A DNA stretch of 64,000 nt, taken from IMG/VR virus record IMGVR_UViG_3300042539_001740. One strand, written 5' to 3'. Source of the stretch: a virus (lineage: Duplodnaviria; Caudoviricetes). The notes under the pieces are model-generated. The model saw only the letters and a program-made list of their open reading frames with translations, made no database searches and had not been told where the DNA came from. The translations under genes and the position numbers were made by a program. Shown piece after piece: positions 1 to 9,635 of this stretch (positions within the stretch are counted from its first letter, which is position 1; every line of letters starts with the position of its first letter).

Positions 1-106
1 TTATAATTACCATCACAAACCACTTACAATCGAATGGAATCCTGAGACAAACGAAATTGAGTTCTTATAATAAAAAACCCCACCTAAAAAGTGGGGTTTA
101 ATTTTT

Positions 107-910
107 TTAAGCTAAAAGTAATTTTTCGAATCTTTTGAACTCGTGTTTTCTGTGGTCTAAACCATTGAATCCACCATTTACTCTTCTACTTACTTCTGTT
201 ACAACATCTTCACCAGTACCACGGTCGCAAACAGACCAAAGATTGTTACTATTGAAAAAGAATGCTGCGGAAGTTAAAGGGTATTTCGTTGCAACTAAGT
301 CTGGATTTGTTACTAAATCTTCACCTAAAAACTCACCAAATTTTTTGAAGTTGTCTTTTCCTGTCAACTGTATAAAACCTGCTCCACGATATTTCCAACC
401 TTCTTTAGTTGTTTCATCACCATTACCCAATCTACTTCCATAAACACGAGATGCAATTTTCTCAGGTTTATAAGCGTAAGATTCAGCTAAGTTACCAGGA
501 AAATACTTTGGAAAAATTTTCATCAAACCATCCTTTGAGTAATTAAGATTCTCATTAACAGCTTTGAAGTTACCTGATTCTGTTGAACATTGTGCTAAAA
601 AGTGTGTCAATCTCAAATTCGTGATAATACCGAACTTTTCACCATTGGCATTAATTTCATTGATTACTGAATCAGGAATTTGTCCTTTAAGTTTGTCCAA
701 TTTTAATGTCTCTTTTTCGACTTTTGGAAGAGATACCCCCATTTTCTCAAGTGTTGCAGGACCTGCAATACCATCAGCAACTAAACCATTTTTAGTTTGC
801 CATTCTTTAAGTGCTTTGTCAGTACCAGGACCGAATGCACCATCGGCAGTAACGCCTAATTTTGTTTGGAGTTGTTTAACTAATTCTCCTTGTGAACCGA
901 TTTTTAACAT
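107..910 (-). CDS. Endolysin: N-terminal peptidoglycan-binding domain plus GH19 (chitinase-like) muramidase
   Basis: PG-binding repeats (VKQLQTKLGVTADGAFGPGT, DGIAGPAT); GH19 motifs HFLAQCSTESG, YRGAGFIQLTGKDN, RRVNGGFNGLDHR. Confidence 0.92.
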   Translation of the reverse strand: MLKIGSQGELVKQLQTKLGVTADGAFGPGTDKALKEWQTKNGLVADGIAGPATLEKMGVSLPKVEKETLKLDKLKGQIPDSVINEINANGEKFGIITNLRLTHFLAQCSTESGNFKAVNENLNYSKDGLMKIFPKYFPGNLAESYAYKPEKIASRVYGSRLGNGDETTKEGWKYRGAGFIQLTGKDNFKKFGEFLGEDLVTNPDLVATKYPLTSAAFFFNSNNLWSVCDRGTGEDVVTEVSRRVNGGFNGLDHRKHEFKRFEKLLLA

Positions 911-958
911 AGTTTTATAGTTTTTTTTATAAATACCAATTAACTAGGTTCAGTTAGT

Positions 959-965
959 ATTTATA
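959..965 (+). promoter_or_regulatory. Putative phage late-promoter motif TATTTAT (representative; recurs before most lysis and structural genes on the coding strand)
   Basis: Also at 8715, 11358, 11698, 15823, 24030, 40727, 42968, 47413, 51352, 53137, 55152, 56644, 57764, 61337, 62038 (+) and 929, 5386, 7768, 8407, 11342, 38975 (-). Confidence 0.7.
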
Positions 966-984
966 TAAAAAAAAGTTATCAATT

Positions 985-3108
985 ATGTCAATCAAGGTTA
1001 AAATTTCTATTTACTTTTCAGTTTTAATTATGTCAATTTTCTTTATAATGAAGATGATTTCATTATTTTTTATAAATGACGCACTACAATTAATCAAAAT
1101 AATTGAATTATCTTGTTTTATTGTTTTTTTACCATTCTTTTCAATCTTGGTAAAAGAATATACTAATAAATTAAAACATAATATAAAATTAACACAATAC
1201 TCCAAAAAACTTAACAAAGTTCTTATATCACAATCACACAATTCATTATTTTATCAAGGAAATGTAAAGGATGGGGCAAAAACTTTAACAAAGGAAGTAA
1301 CAGAATCAATTGATGCTGATAGATGTTCAATTTGGTTATATAATTCAGATAAAACCTCAATTATCTGTCAACAACTTTATATTAAAAAAGAAGATGAATG
1401 GTATAGTGGGGCGGAAATGTATAAAAAAGATTTTATCGCCTATTTTGAACACTTAGAAATCAATCCGATTATTATTGCAAACAATGCTGAAACTCATACC
1501 GCAACATATTGTTTTGTTGAAGGGTATTTGAAACCCCTTGGTATTAAATCTATGTTGGATGTTCCAATTATGTACAGAGGCGATGTAATTGGTGTTGTGT
1601 GTATTGAGAGTAAAACATTAAGGGAATGGATTGGATTAGAAGTTAACTTTGCTCAAATGTTATCATCACTATATTCTTTTGCTTATTCGGTTAAAGAAAG
1701 TAATATTTTGAGAGGTAATTTACAAGAGTTCGAAAAGTTTGTTGATACATCTGTTTTGGTTTCTAAAGCGGACAATAAAGGTAGAATAACATATGTAAAT
1801 AAAAAGTTTGAGGAAGTATCTGGATGGTCTTTAGATGAAGTAAGAGGAAAAGACCATAGTATTGTTAATTCGGGTAAACATCCCAAGGAGTTTTGGGCTA
1901 ATATGTACAAAGATGTTGTCGTTGAGAAAAAGATTTGGAATGAGATTGTTACAAATAGGGATAAAAATGGTAACTTATATTGGGTTGATTCATATATAAA
2001 AGGTGATTTTGATGAAAATGGTAAGTTTTTGGGGTATATGTCAATCAGATATGATGTAACAGAAGTCAAGAAAAAAGAAATTGATATAAAAAATAGGATG
2101 AATGCTATTAATACATCGAATATGGTTATTGAGTTTGATTTGGATGGTAAAATTATGTTTGCTAATAGTTTATTCTGTGAAAAAATGGGTTATGAAGAAA
2201 AAGAATTAAAAGGTAAACATCATAAGATTTTTGTTTCAAAGGAATATTCAAAATCTCCTGAATATAAAGAGTTTTGGAAATTGTTAAAAAGTGGAGAATA
2301 TGTTACTGATGAGTTTTTAAGGTTTACTAAAGATAAAAACAAAGTTTGGATTCAAGCTTCATATAATCCTGTATTTGATATAGATGGTAAAGTACAAAGA
2401 GTAATGAAAATTGCAACAGATATAACTGATAGAATTACACAATCAATAGAAATTGAGAAAAAGAACACTTATTTAGAACACGCAGCAAAGATTCTAAGAC
2501 ACGATATGCACTCAGGTATTAACACATACATACCTAGGGGAGTTAGTTCATTAGAACGAAGATTAACTATTGAACAAATAGAGGAGTTAAAAATAACAGC
2601 ACCATTTAAAATGATTAAAGATGGGTTGAGCCATGCTCAAAAAGTTTATAAAGGTGTTTATGAATTTACAAACTTAGTAAAAAAAGATGTTGTATTAAAT
2701 AAAACAGAATGTAATCTAAAAAGTATTTTAGAAAGTTACTTAACAACAACCTCATACAAAAGTCAGGTTCATATCGAGGAATTAATAACTAAAGATGTGA
2801 ATGAGTCATTGTTTTGTACATCAATTGATAATCTGATAAGAAATGGTTTGAAATATAACGATTCTGATACGAAATTTGTTAAAATATTTATGGAGGGGGA
2901 TTTGTTAATAATACAAGATAATGGTAGAGGAATCACTCAACAAGATTTCGACCATTTATCAAAACCATATACAAGAAAAGAAGGACAAAAAGAGAGTGGT
3001 ACAGGATTAGGGTTAAATATTTGTGTTGCAATTTTAGAAGAACACGGATTTGAAATTACATGTGAAAAAAATGATATTGGTACTAAAATGAAAATAAACA
3101 TAAAATAA
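985..3108 (+). CDS. Sensor histidine kinase (2 TM - GAF - PAS/PAC - PAS/PAC - HisKA-like - HATPase_c)
   Basis: GAF (DADRCSIWLYN...SMLDVPI); two PAS (ITYVNKKFEEVSGW; FANSLFCEKMGY...WIQASYNPV); H-box-like ILRHDMH; N box NLIRNGLKYN; G boxes DNGRGI and GTGLGL. Confidence 0.9.
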   Translation: MSIKVKISIYFSVLIMSIFFIMKMISLFFINDALQLIKIIELSCFIVFLPFFSILVKEYTNKLKHNIKLTQYSKKLNKVLISQSHNSLFYQGNVKDGAKTLTKEVTESIDADRCSIWLYNSDKTSIICQQLYIKKEDEWYSGAEMYKKDFIAYFEHLEINPIIIANNAETHTATYCFVEGYLKPLGIKSMLDVPIMYRGDVIGVVCIESKTLREWIGLEVNFAQMLSSLYSFAYSVKESNILRGNLQEFEKFVDTSVLVSKADNKGRITYVNKKFEEVSGWSLDEVRGKDHSIVNSGKHPKEFWANMYKDVVVEKKIWNEIVTNRDKNGNLYWVDSYIKGDFDENGKFLGYMSIRYDVTEVKKKEIDIKNRMNAINTSNMVIEFDLDGKIMFANSLFCEKMGYEEKELKGKHHKIFVSKEYSKSPEYKEFWKLLKSGEYVTDEFLRFTKDKNKVWIQASYNPVFDIDGKVQRVMKIATDITDRITQSIEIEKKNTYLEHAAKILRHDMHSGINTYIPRGVSSLERRLTIEQIEELKITAPFKMIKDGLSHAQKVYKGVYEFTNLVKKDVVLNKTECNLKSILESYLTTTSYKSQVHIEELITKDVNESLFCTSIDNLIRNGLKYNDSDTKFVKIFMEGDLLIIQDNGRGITQQDFDHLSKPYTRKEGQKESGTGLGLNICVAILEEHGFEITCEKNDIGTKMKINIK

Positions 3109-3122
3109 AAAAAAAACAAAAA

Positions 3123-3557
3123 ATGATTGATTCGTTAATGTTGGTAGATGATGAGGACTTGTTCCATTTAGTTTTTGAAGACGCTTGTTCTTTATTAGAT
3201 ATTAGTTTATCACTAAAATCATTGAATAGTTCTGATGAAGCCGCTAAACTTTTTCAAAAATGGTTGGGTGGTGATTATTCAGATAGACCTGAGTGTGTAT
3301 TTGTTGATTTAAATATAATTGGTTCTTCCTTTGATGGTATAGAATTGATTAGAAAGATTAACTTTGAGTATGGTAATAATGTGGTTATAGGGATTATATC
3401 CTCATCTAATGAACCTGAAGAACAAGCTAAAGCTGTTCAAGCTGGCGCACAATTTTGGATTATAAAATCTGATGATATCGAACCTAGATTAGAAGAATTC
3501 AAAAAAGATTATGAAGGCTATAAAAAAAGAACTGCCTCATTTAAGGTGTATAAATAA
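3123..3557 (+). CDS. Stand-alone response regulator receiver (CheY-like)
   Basis: LMLVDDE acidic pocket, VFVDLN phospho-Asp, SSS, AGAQFWIIK; no output domain. Confidence 0.9.
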   Translation: MIDSLMLVDDEDLFHLVFEDACSLLDISLSLKSLNSSDEAAKLFQKWLGGDYSDRPECVFVDLNIIGSSFDGIELIRKINFEYGNNVVIGIISSSNEPEEQAKAVQAGAQFWIIKSDDIEPRLEEFKKDYEGYKKRTASFKVYK

Positions 3558-4234
3558 TGAAATTTAATAAGGAAACAAAACAAGAGTTAATAGAATTACT
3601 CGAAAAGAAAAATATTGGTTTAGAAGGTAATATTTTGAAGATTATTGACTCTTCAGATGACCCTGATTTTGCTAAATATGTTGAGAATTGTAAGGATAAA
3701 GATAAAGAAACAAGAAAAAAAAGGTTAGAAATAACAAAACAAGTTCAGGAAAAGAACAAAGAACTAATTGAACTCAATACTGAAAATCAAAGAATAATGG
3801 ATGAACTCCAAGTTTCTTTGAAAGAGGTTGAGGAGGCAAAAATGACTTTCGAAGTTCAAAATAGAGAGTTACTTGCTTGGCAACAAGACAACCAAAGAAT
3901 GAGTGTGGAACTTCAACAAGAGATGGCCAAGTCAGAATTAGCAAGAATCCAAGCAGAAGAAGCCAAAACTGCAGCGGTTAATGATTTGGATGTTCTACAA
4001 AAGAAAAAACAAACCGAATTAATTGGTAACATCGTGAGAATTGCATTAGGTGTTATTATATCTATCGGTATTATAACCACATTTATGTATATTTTGGCTT
4101 TAGTAATAAACAAAGATACACAAATGATTGGTTCTACTTGGTCAAATATGTTAGGTATATTATTAACTAACGCATTTAGTATAATCGGTACAATAATGGG
4201 GGTTAAATACTCAGGAAAAGAGGAAAAAGAATAA
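3557..4234 (+). CDS. Coiled-coil protein with two C-terminal TM helices, translationally coupled to the receiver gene
   Basis: TAATG stop/start overlap; long heptad region; hydrophobic IALGVIISIGIITTFMYILAL and MLGILLTNAFSIIGTIMGV. Confidence 0.7.
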   Translation: MKFNKETKQELIELLEKKNIGLEGNILKIIDSSDDPDFAKYVENCKDKDKETRKKRLEITKQVQEKNKELIELNTENQRIMDELQVSLKEVEEAKMTFEVQNRELLAWQQDNQRMSVELQQEMAKSELARIQAEEAKTAAVNDLDVLQKKKQTELIGNIVRIALGVIISIGIITTFMYILALVINKDTQMIGSTWSNMLGILLTNAFSIIGTIMGVKYSGKEEKE

Positions 4235-4246
4235 AAAAAAGGGGGT

Positions 4247-4432
4247 CTATTTCGACCCCTTTTTTAATTTACTAAACTTAGCTTCCCCTTTATAAACATT
4301 TTCCACTTCATAGGCATTTCTACCCAATTTTTTGTCATATTTCCATATTTGGATGATATCTCCGTGGTCTATAACAACTTCTGATTTGGTATCTTGTGTC
4401 ATTTGAGGTTCAGGGTTTAGTTTTTTCGCCAT
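4247..4432 (-). CDS. Hypothetical protein
   Basis: 61-aa ORF starting 3 nt after the stop of the upstream minus-strand gene. Confidence 0.6.
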   Translation of the reverse strand: MAKKLNPEPQMTQDTKSEVVIDHGDIIQIWKYDKKLGRNAYEVENVYKGEAKFSKLKKGSK

Positions 4433-4434
4433 AA

Positions 4435-5268
4435 TTAAATGATTGCTTCAGTAAGTTTTTTTGTAAGATTCAATTCATAAGCTCTTGCCAATCTTGTAAG
4501 GCCACAACCCCATCCAAATCTTGGGAAGAAATCCAAAGATAAGAAATGTTCCAATTCTTTTTCTACTCTTTCCTTACCAAATAATTCAAAAAGTTTTGCT
4601 GAGTAGTTCCCACCTTCGATTGTGTAGAACATTTCTTTCATACTTTCTTTATCACAACTTCTTTCAGCAGAACCGATTGTTTCTTGACCGAAAAGGATAA
4701 CATCAACCTTTTGGAATTTGTCACCTTCACCCTTTTGCATATTCCAAAAAGGATTTGTTCTCAATGGGAAGTTTTGAAGTGAGATAGAATCACCGATTTC
4801 ATTCCACATTTTTGTTTCGTGTTCAGCTTCAAGGATTTCAGTTCCGTATTTTTCACAAAGTTCATTATAATCTACAACTATTGGAATATCAAATCCCAAA
4901 TATTCTAACATTTCCGCTTGAAGTTTAACCATATCTTCTTTAGTTCCTTTTGTTTCAACTTCGAACATAGGGAAGATTAAGTCGTGACGACCAGGGATTG
5001 GGTTTGCTTCTTGTCTGTATGATGTGGAGATACAATATACACCAGGAAATTCAGGATTTAGAAGTAATTCATATTCCAACCACATTTGACCTGTTTGTGG
5101 TAAAGGCCAAATTTCACCTGAATATTCAAATTTTGTGATGCTATGTGGATTTTCACAAGCGGCAAGGATTGAAAGTCTAGATTGTGTTGGAACCTCCAAG
5201 AAACCTTTGGCTTGGAAAAAGTTTCTCATCTTTTGTACTAACTCGTTGTAGATTTGTGTGTTTTTCAT
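4435..5268 (-). CDS. Class IIb aaRS catalytic-domain-only protein (AsnRS/AspRS-like; possible archaeal-type asparagine synthetase)
   Basis: Motif 1 (FFQAKGFLEVPT), motif 2 (SYRQE...RHDLIFPMFEVE), motif 3 (GWGCGLTRL); no OB-fold anticodon domain; Asn-rich leader upstream. Confidence 0.8.
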   Translation of the reverse strand: MKNTQIYNELVQKMRNFFQAKGFLEVPTQSRLSILAACENPHSITKFEYSGEIWPLPQTGQMWLEYELLLNPEFPGVYCISTSYRQEANPIPGRHDLIFPMFEVETKGTKEDMVKLQAEMLEYLGFDIPIVVDYNELCEKYGTEILEAEHETKMWNEIGDSISLQNFPLRTNPFWNMQKGEGDKFQKVDVILFGQETIGSAERSCDKESMKEMFYTIEGGNYSAKLFELFGKERVEKELEHFLSLDFFPRFGWGCGLTRLARAYELNLTKKLTEAII

Positions 5269-5298
5269 TTTTGTTATTAATTTTGTTTATTGGTTTAT

Positions 5299-5328
5299 AA
5301 AAAAAAGCCCCCTAATAATAAGGGGGTT
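5299..5328 (-). terminator. Attenuator-type intrinsic terminator between the Asn leader and the AsnRS-like gene
   Basis: Minus strand reads AACCCCCT-TATTATT-AGGGGGC-T8. Confidence 0.8.
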
Positions 5329-5333
5329 ATGAA

Positions 5334-5369
5334 TTAAAAATTGTATATGTTGTTTAGATTGATGTCCAT
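5334..5369 (-). CDS. Putative Asn-rich leader peptide MDINLNNIYNF
   Basis: ATG GAC ATC AAT CTA AAC AAC ATA TAC AAT TTT TAA; 4 of 11 codons Asn; TATTTAT motif at 5386-5392 upstream and a terminator 5 nt downstream. Confidence 0.7.
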   Translation of the reverse strand: MDINLNNIYNF

Positions 5370-5449
5370 TTTTTTTCTTTTAGGAATAAATACGATAAGA
5401 TTTTAGAAAAATCAATTTTTTTATAAAAATAATAAAAAAAATTATGTTT

Positions 5450-5475
5450 TGTCATTAAAACTGACAATTTGTCAG
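5450..5475. promoter_or_regulatory. TGACA-N3-TGTCA palindromic operator upstream of dnaK
   Basis: TGTCAttaaaaCTGACAattTGTCAG; same palindrome at 45756-45768. Confidence 0.6.
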
Positions 5476-5574
5476 GTTAAAAAGGTTTGGATTAATTTTT
5501 TATAACAAATGTTTGTGAGTAGAATTGACTACATAAAAAATAAACAATATAATTCAAACAAAAACGAACAAAAT

Positions 5575-7440
5575 ATGAGTAAAATTATTGGAATCGATTT
5601 AGGGACTACAAACTCGTGTGTAGCCGTAATGGAAAATGGAGAACCAATTGTAATAACAAACAATGAAGGTAAAAGAACAACCCCTTCAATCATTGGATTT
5701 GTTGACAATGGTGAAAGAAAGATTGGAGACCCAGCAAAAAGACAAGCTGTAACCAATCCTGACAAAACAATTTATTCAATCAAACGCTTTATGGGCTCAA
5801 ATTATGACGAAACCAAGTCAGAGGTTAAGAGAGTTCCTTATAAGGTCGTAAAAGGGAAAAACAACACCCCAAGAGTAGAGATTGATGATAAACAATTCTC
5901 ACCTCAAGAAATCTCAGCAATGGTGTTACAGAAAATGAAACAAACTGCTGAAGATTATTTGGGTCAAGAAGTAACTGAAGCCGTTATCACAGTTCCTGCT
6001 TACTTCAATGATGCTCAAAGACAAGCAACAAAAGAAGCTGGTGAGATTGCGGGTCTGAAAGTTAAGAGAATTATCAATGAACCAACTGCAGCTGCTCTTG
6101 CTTATGGTCTTGATAAGAAAAACAAGGACTCTAAAATCGTTGTTTTTGACTGTGGTGGGGGTACACACGATGTATCTGTACTAGAATTAGGTGGTGGTGT
6201 ATTTGAAGTATTATCAACCGATGGTGATACACACTTAGGTGGTGATGACTTTGACAATGCTATTTCTGATTGGTTAAAAAACGAGTTCAAAAATGAGAAC
6301 AATGGTGCTTGGAATGATGATTCTATGGCAATCCAAAGGTTAAGAGAGGCAGCTGAGAAGGCAAAAATTGAATTATCTTCATCTCAAAGTACTGAAATTA
6401 ACTTACCTTACTTTATGGTAATTGATAATCAACCAAAACACCTTGTAAAAACACTTACAAGAGCAAAGTTTGAACAAATTATTGATAAATTGGTTGAAAG
6501 AACGATTGCACCTTGTAAATCAGCTCTTAAAAACGCTGGATTGACAATTAATGACATTGATGAGGTTATTTTGGTTGGTGGTTCTACTAGAATCCCTGCA
6601 ATTCAAGAAGCAGTTAAGAAGTTTTTCGGAAAAGAAGCGTCAAAAGGTGTAAATCCTGACGAAGTTGTTGCTTTGGGTGCTGCGATTCAAGGTGGTGTAT
6701 TAGCTGGTGATGTAAAAGATGTTCTTTTATTGGATGTTACCCCACTTTCATTAGGAATTGAGACAATGGGTGGTGTAATGACAAGATTAATCGAAGCAAA
6801 TACAACAATTCCAACCAAAAAGTCACAAATCTTCTCAACTGCGGTAGATAATCAACCTTCTGTTGAAATTCACGTAATACAAGGTGAAAGACCAATGGCA
6901 AAAGACAACAGAACTATTGGTAGATTCCATTTAGATGGTATTCCACCATCAATGAGAGGTATTCCTCAAATCGAAGTTACTTTTGACATCGATGCAAATG
7001 GTATTATCAATGTTTCGGCCTTAGACAAGGGAACAAACAAACAACAAACGATTAGAATTGAGTCATCATCTGGACTTTCACAAGAAGAAATCGACAGAAT
7101 GAAGAGAGAAGCTGAGGAAAATGCTGAAAGTGATAAATTAGCTAAAGAAAAAGCTGAAAAAATCAATGAGGCTGATAGTACAATCTTTAATATTGAGAAA
7201 ACTTTGAAGGATTTGGATGAAAAAATCTCTGATGAACACAAAGAAGAAGTTAAAAAAGGTTTGGAGGAATTAAAAGAGGCTAAAAACACTGGTGAAATTG
7301 AAAAAATTGACCCTGCGTTAGATAATGTTAATTCAATTATGCAAAAAATTACCCAAGAACTTTATAGTAATGTGAGTGAACAAACTGAAAACACTGATGG
7401 TTTTACAGGTTCAGATGTAGAGTTTGAAGAAGTAAAGTAA
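5575..7440 (+). CDS. dnaK: Chaperone DnaK (Hsp70)
   Basis: [50 protein letters not shown]; likely start 5575 rather than 5509. Confidence 0.98.
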   Translation: MSKIIGIDLGTTNSCVAVMENGEPIVITNNEGKRTTPSIIGFVDNGERKIGDPAKRQAVTNPDKTIYSIKRFMGSNYDETKSEVKRVPYKVVKGKNNTPRVEIDDKQFSPQEISAMVLQKMKQTAEDYLGQEVTEAVITVPAYFNDAQRQATKEAGEIAGLKVKRIINEPTAAALAYGLDKKNKDSKIVVFDCGGGTHDVSVLELGGGVFEVLSTDGDTHLGGDDFDNAISDWLKNEFKNENNGAWNDDSMAIQRLREAAEKAKIELSSSQSTEINLPYFMVIDNQPKHLVKTLTRAKFEQIIDKLVERTIAPCKSALKNAGLTINDIDEVILVGGSTRIPAIQEAVKKFFGKEASKGVNPDEVVALGAAIQGGVLAGDVKDVLLLDVTPLSLGIETMGGVMTRLIEANTTIPTKKSQIFSTAVDNQPSVEIHVIQGERPMAKDNRTIGRFHLDGIPPSMRGIPQIEVTFDIDANGIINVSALDKGTNKQQTIRIESSSGLSQEEIDRMKREAEENAESDKLAKEKAEKINEADSTIFNIEKTLKDLDEKISDEHKEEVKKGLEELKEAKNTGEIEKIDPALDNVNSIMQKITQELYSNVSEQTENTDGFTGSDVEFEEVK

Positions 7441-7456
7441 AACAAAAAACCCCTGA

Positions 7457-7753
7457 CTATTCGTTGGGGGTTTCTTCTTTTTGTTCTTCAGTTTTCTTTT
7501 CTTTTTGGATTTGGTGAATAATATAACCTGAGATTGCAAACTCAACACCTGCCCACATAATCAAATCAGTCATTGTTAGAACTGAATGTTTTTCTAATAA
7601 AAAGAAAATCATTCCCCATTGTGCAATGATGAAAGCGATTCCGGACTCAATCCTTTTTTTGGAAAAAAATGATTCTTTAGATGAATACATATTAGTAACT
7701 TCTCTAATTAACCATTTAATATTTTCCCATCCGAAAAATAGTTTGTTTTTCAT
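7457..7753 (-). CDS. Small two-TM membrane protein (holin-like size)
   Basis: Two hydrophobic segments and a charged C-terminal tail. Confidence 0.55.
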   Translation of the reverse strand: MKNKLFFGWENIKWLIREVTNMYSSKESFFSKKRIESGIAFIIAQWGMIFFLLEKHSVLTMTDLIMWAGVEFAISGYIIHQIQKEKKTEEQKEETPNE

Positions 7754-7785
7754 AGTAAATTTTCTTAATAAATAGGATATAAAAG

Positions 7786-7817
7786 AAAAAGAGGACGTAG
7801 CGATGTCCTCTTTTTTT
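7786..7817. terminator. Intrinsic terminator
   Basis: AAAGAGGAC-gtagcgat-GTCCTCTTT flanked by A and T runs. Confidence 0.75.
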
Positions 7818-7864
7818 GTTGCCGTAACAGCAAACGGTCCTAATAGTCCTCCTAAGAGGTTAGA

Positions 7865-8392
7865 TTATTCACCTTTAACTAAAGCCAAAGCTCTTTTCAG
7901 GTATTCTTTCGCTCTTGGTGATGGAGTTAATTCATCATCTTTAGTTTGAAGATTTAAAACTCTCTCAATATCTTTAACAAGTTCAGTTCCGTGTTCGTTT
8001 TCTTTGTATAATTCAATAATTTTGTCCATAGCTTTATTACAACCACCTGTTGTTTCATCGTAATAATTTTTGTTTCTGAACTTATTTAAATGGTGCATCA
8101 TATCGTAAGCTAAGTGAGAACCACCATCTTTGATGTCTTTGAATAATCTTAAATTATTCAAAATACCTAAAGTATCTACCATAGAATTAACTCCCATTTT
8201 TCTTTTTGTAACACCAGGTGCGTATGTTACATACTCTCCAGCATTTCCTACAATTTCCTCCAATGGCATAATATTTTCAGGAACACATCTAACTTTTTTT
8301 TCTTCCTTTGGTTCAGACGTTTCCATTTGTTCCATTAATTTTTGTCGGATAACTTTACGTATATTAGATTCTTTTATATTGTAACCTTTCAT
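7865..8392 (-). CDS. Hypothetical, probably virion-associated protein
   Basis: N-terminal IKESNIRKVIRQKLME motif; TATTTAT motif upstream (8407-8413). Confidence 0.65.
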   Translation of the reverse strand: MKGYNIKESNIRKVIRQKLMEQMETSEPKEEKKVRCVPENIMPLEEIVGNAGEYVTYAPGVTKRKMGVNSMVDTLGILNNLRLFKDIKDGGSHLAYDMMHHLNKFRNKNYYDETTGGCNKAMDKIIELYKENEHGTELVKDIERVLNLQTKDDELTPSPRAKEYLKRALALVKGE

Positions 8393-8442
8393 AAACTTTT
8401 TTCTTTATAAATATAACAAGATTAACAAAATAAAAAAATCCC

Positions 8443-8673
8443 TCAATCGATGGACTCATCTTTTTTTTCTATTACTTTTTCTATTTTTTTGTTATTCAAT
8501 AAATGGTCAATCCATATATCAAAAATTAAAAAATAAATCCACCAAGTTAATAATGAAATAGGATATGTTTCGGGATAATAATAAGTCATACACATTAGAT
8601 AAAATACTTTAGCAAAAATGTATATTCTTATAAAGGTATGAACGATTAAAAATAAAATTAGTAACATAGTCAT
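8443..8673 (-). CDS. Small membrane protein
   Basis: Hydrophobic 76-aa ORF. Confidence 0.45.
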   Translation of the reverse strand: MTMLLILFLIVHTFIRIYIFAKVFYLMCMTYYYPETYPISLLTWWIYFLIFDIWIDHLLNNKKIEKVIEKKDESID

Positions 8674-8737
8674 TTATTAATTGTGATTATAAAATATCAT
8701 TACTAATATAAGGATATTTATTTTAAAAACAAAATAT

Positions 8738-9364
8738 ATGAGTACCAAGTTAGATAACTTAATAAAGAAAGTTCTAAGAGAATCACTAAATCCGGTAATG
8801 AAATTGACTGAACATTGTATGATTTCTGAGGATTTAAAATATCATTTGGAAAATAAGATTCCATTGAATGAAAATATTTTTAGAATATACTCTGAGAAAT
8901 ATTTTAAGTTAATTAATGAGGTAAGAAACTTATATTATGATGGTAAAATAGAATTGAATGAAGAGGACACTTGGTTGGTTGAGTCAGATTTAGGTAAAAA
9001 AGTTTTATTAGAAAATGGGGATGAGGTATGGTTAGATGCTCCAATGTATGAAGAGGAAGTTGAAGAATTATTGTTTGAAGCAAAACATCACGGAAAAAAT
9101 GTTAAACTTAATTCACCATTTAGAACACCAGGAGGACCTAAAAAGTTTGCGGTATATGTTAAAACACCAAAAGGAACAATCAAGAAAGTAACATTTGGTG
9201 ACCCCAACCTAAAGGTGAGAAATAGAAATCCAAAAGCAGCAAAATCATTTAGAGCAAGACATAAGTGTGACCAAAAGAAAGATAGAACAACTGCTGGTTA
9301 TTGGAGTTGTAATGTTGGTCGACACGCAAAAAAATTGGGTTTAAAGTCAAGTGCTAGTTGGTAA
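8738..9364 (+). CDS. Hypothetical virion protein with basic Cys/His C-terminal domain
   Basis: LIKKVLRE N-terminus; C-terminal FGDPNL...FRARHKCD...GYWSC. Confidence 0.7.
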   Translation: MSTKLDNLIKKVLRESLNPVMKLTEHCMISEDLKYHLENKIPLNENIFRIYSEKYFKLINEVRNLYYDGKIELNEEDTWLVESDLGKKVLLENGDEVWLDAPMYEEEVEELLFEAKHHGKNVKLNSPFRTPGGPKKFAVYVKTPKGTIKKVTFGDPNLKVRNRNPKAAKSFRARHKCDQKKDRTTAGYWSCNVGRHAKKLGLKSSASW

Positions 9365-9633
9365 TGGAAAAACTACCTTTCGAACAAGAAATAATTGGTA
9401 ATAAACGATTAAGAACATTTTCACCTGATGTTGACGATGAGGAATTAAAATGGCATCGTGATAGGGAAAATAGATTAGTTGAAATATTGGATGGGGATGA
9501 TTGGTTTTTACAAATGGACAACGAATTCCCTAAAAAATTAGTTATTGGTGAAAAGTATTATATACCTGAAGGTGTATATCATAGAGTAATAAAAGGTAAT
9601 CAAGAATTAAAAGTCCTGATTACCTTTGTTTGA
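9364..9633 (+). CDS. Cupin-fold protein
   Basis: WHRDRENR...YYIPEGVYHRVIKG cupin motifs; TAATG coupling with the upstream gene. Confidence 0.7.
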   Translation: MEKLPFEQEIIGNKRLRTFSPDVDDEELKWHRDRENRLVEILDGDDWFLQMDNEFPKKLVIGEKYYIPEGVYHRVIKGNQELKVLITFV

Positions 9634-9635
9634 TA

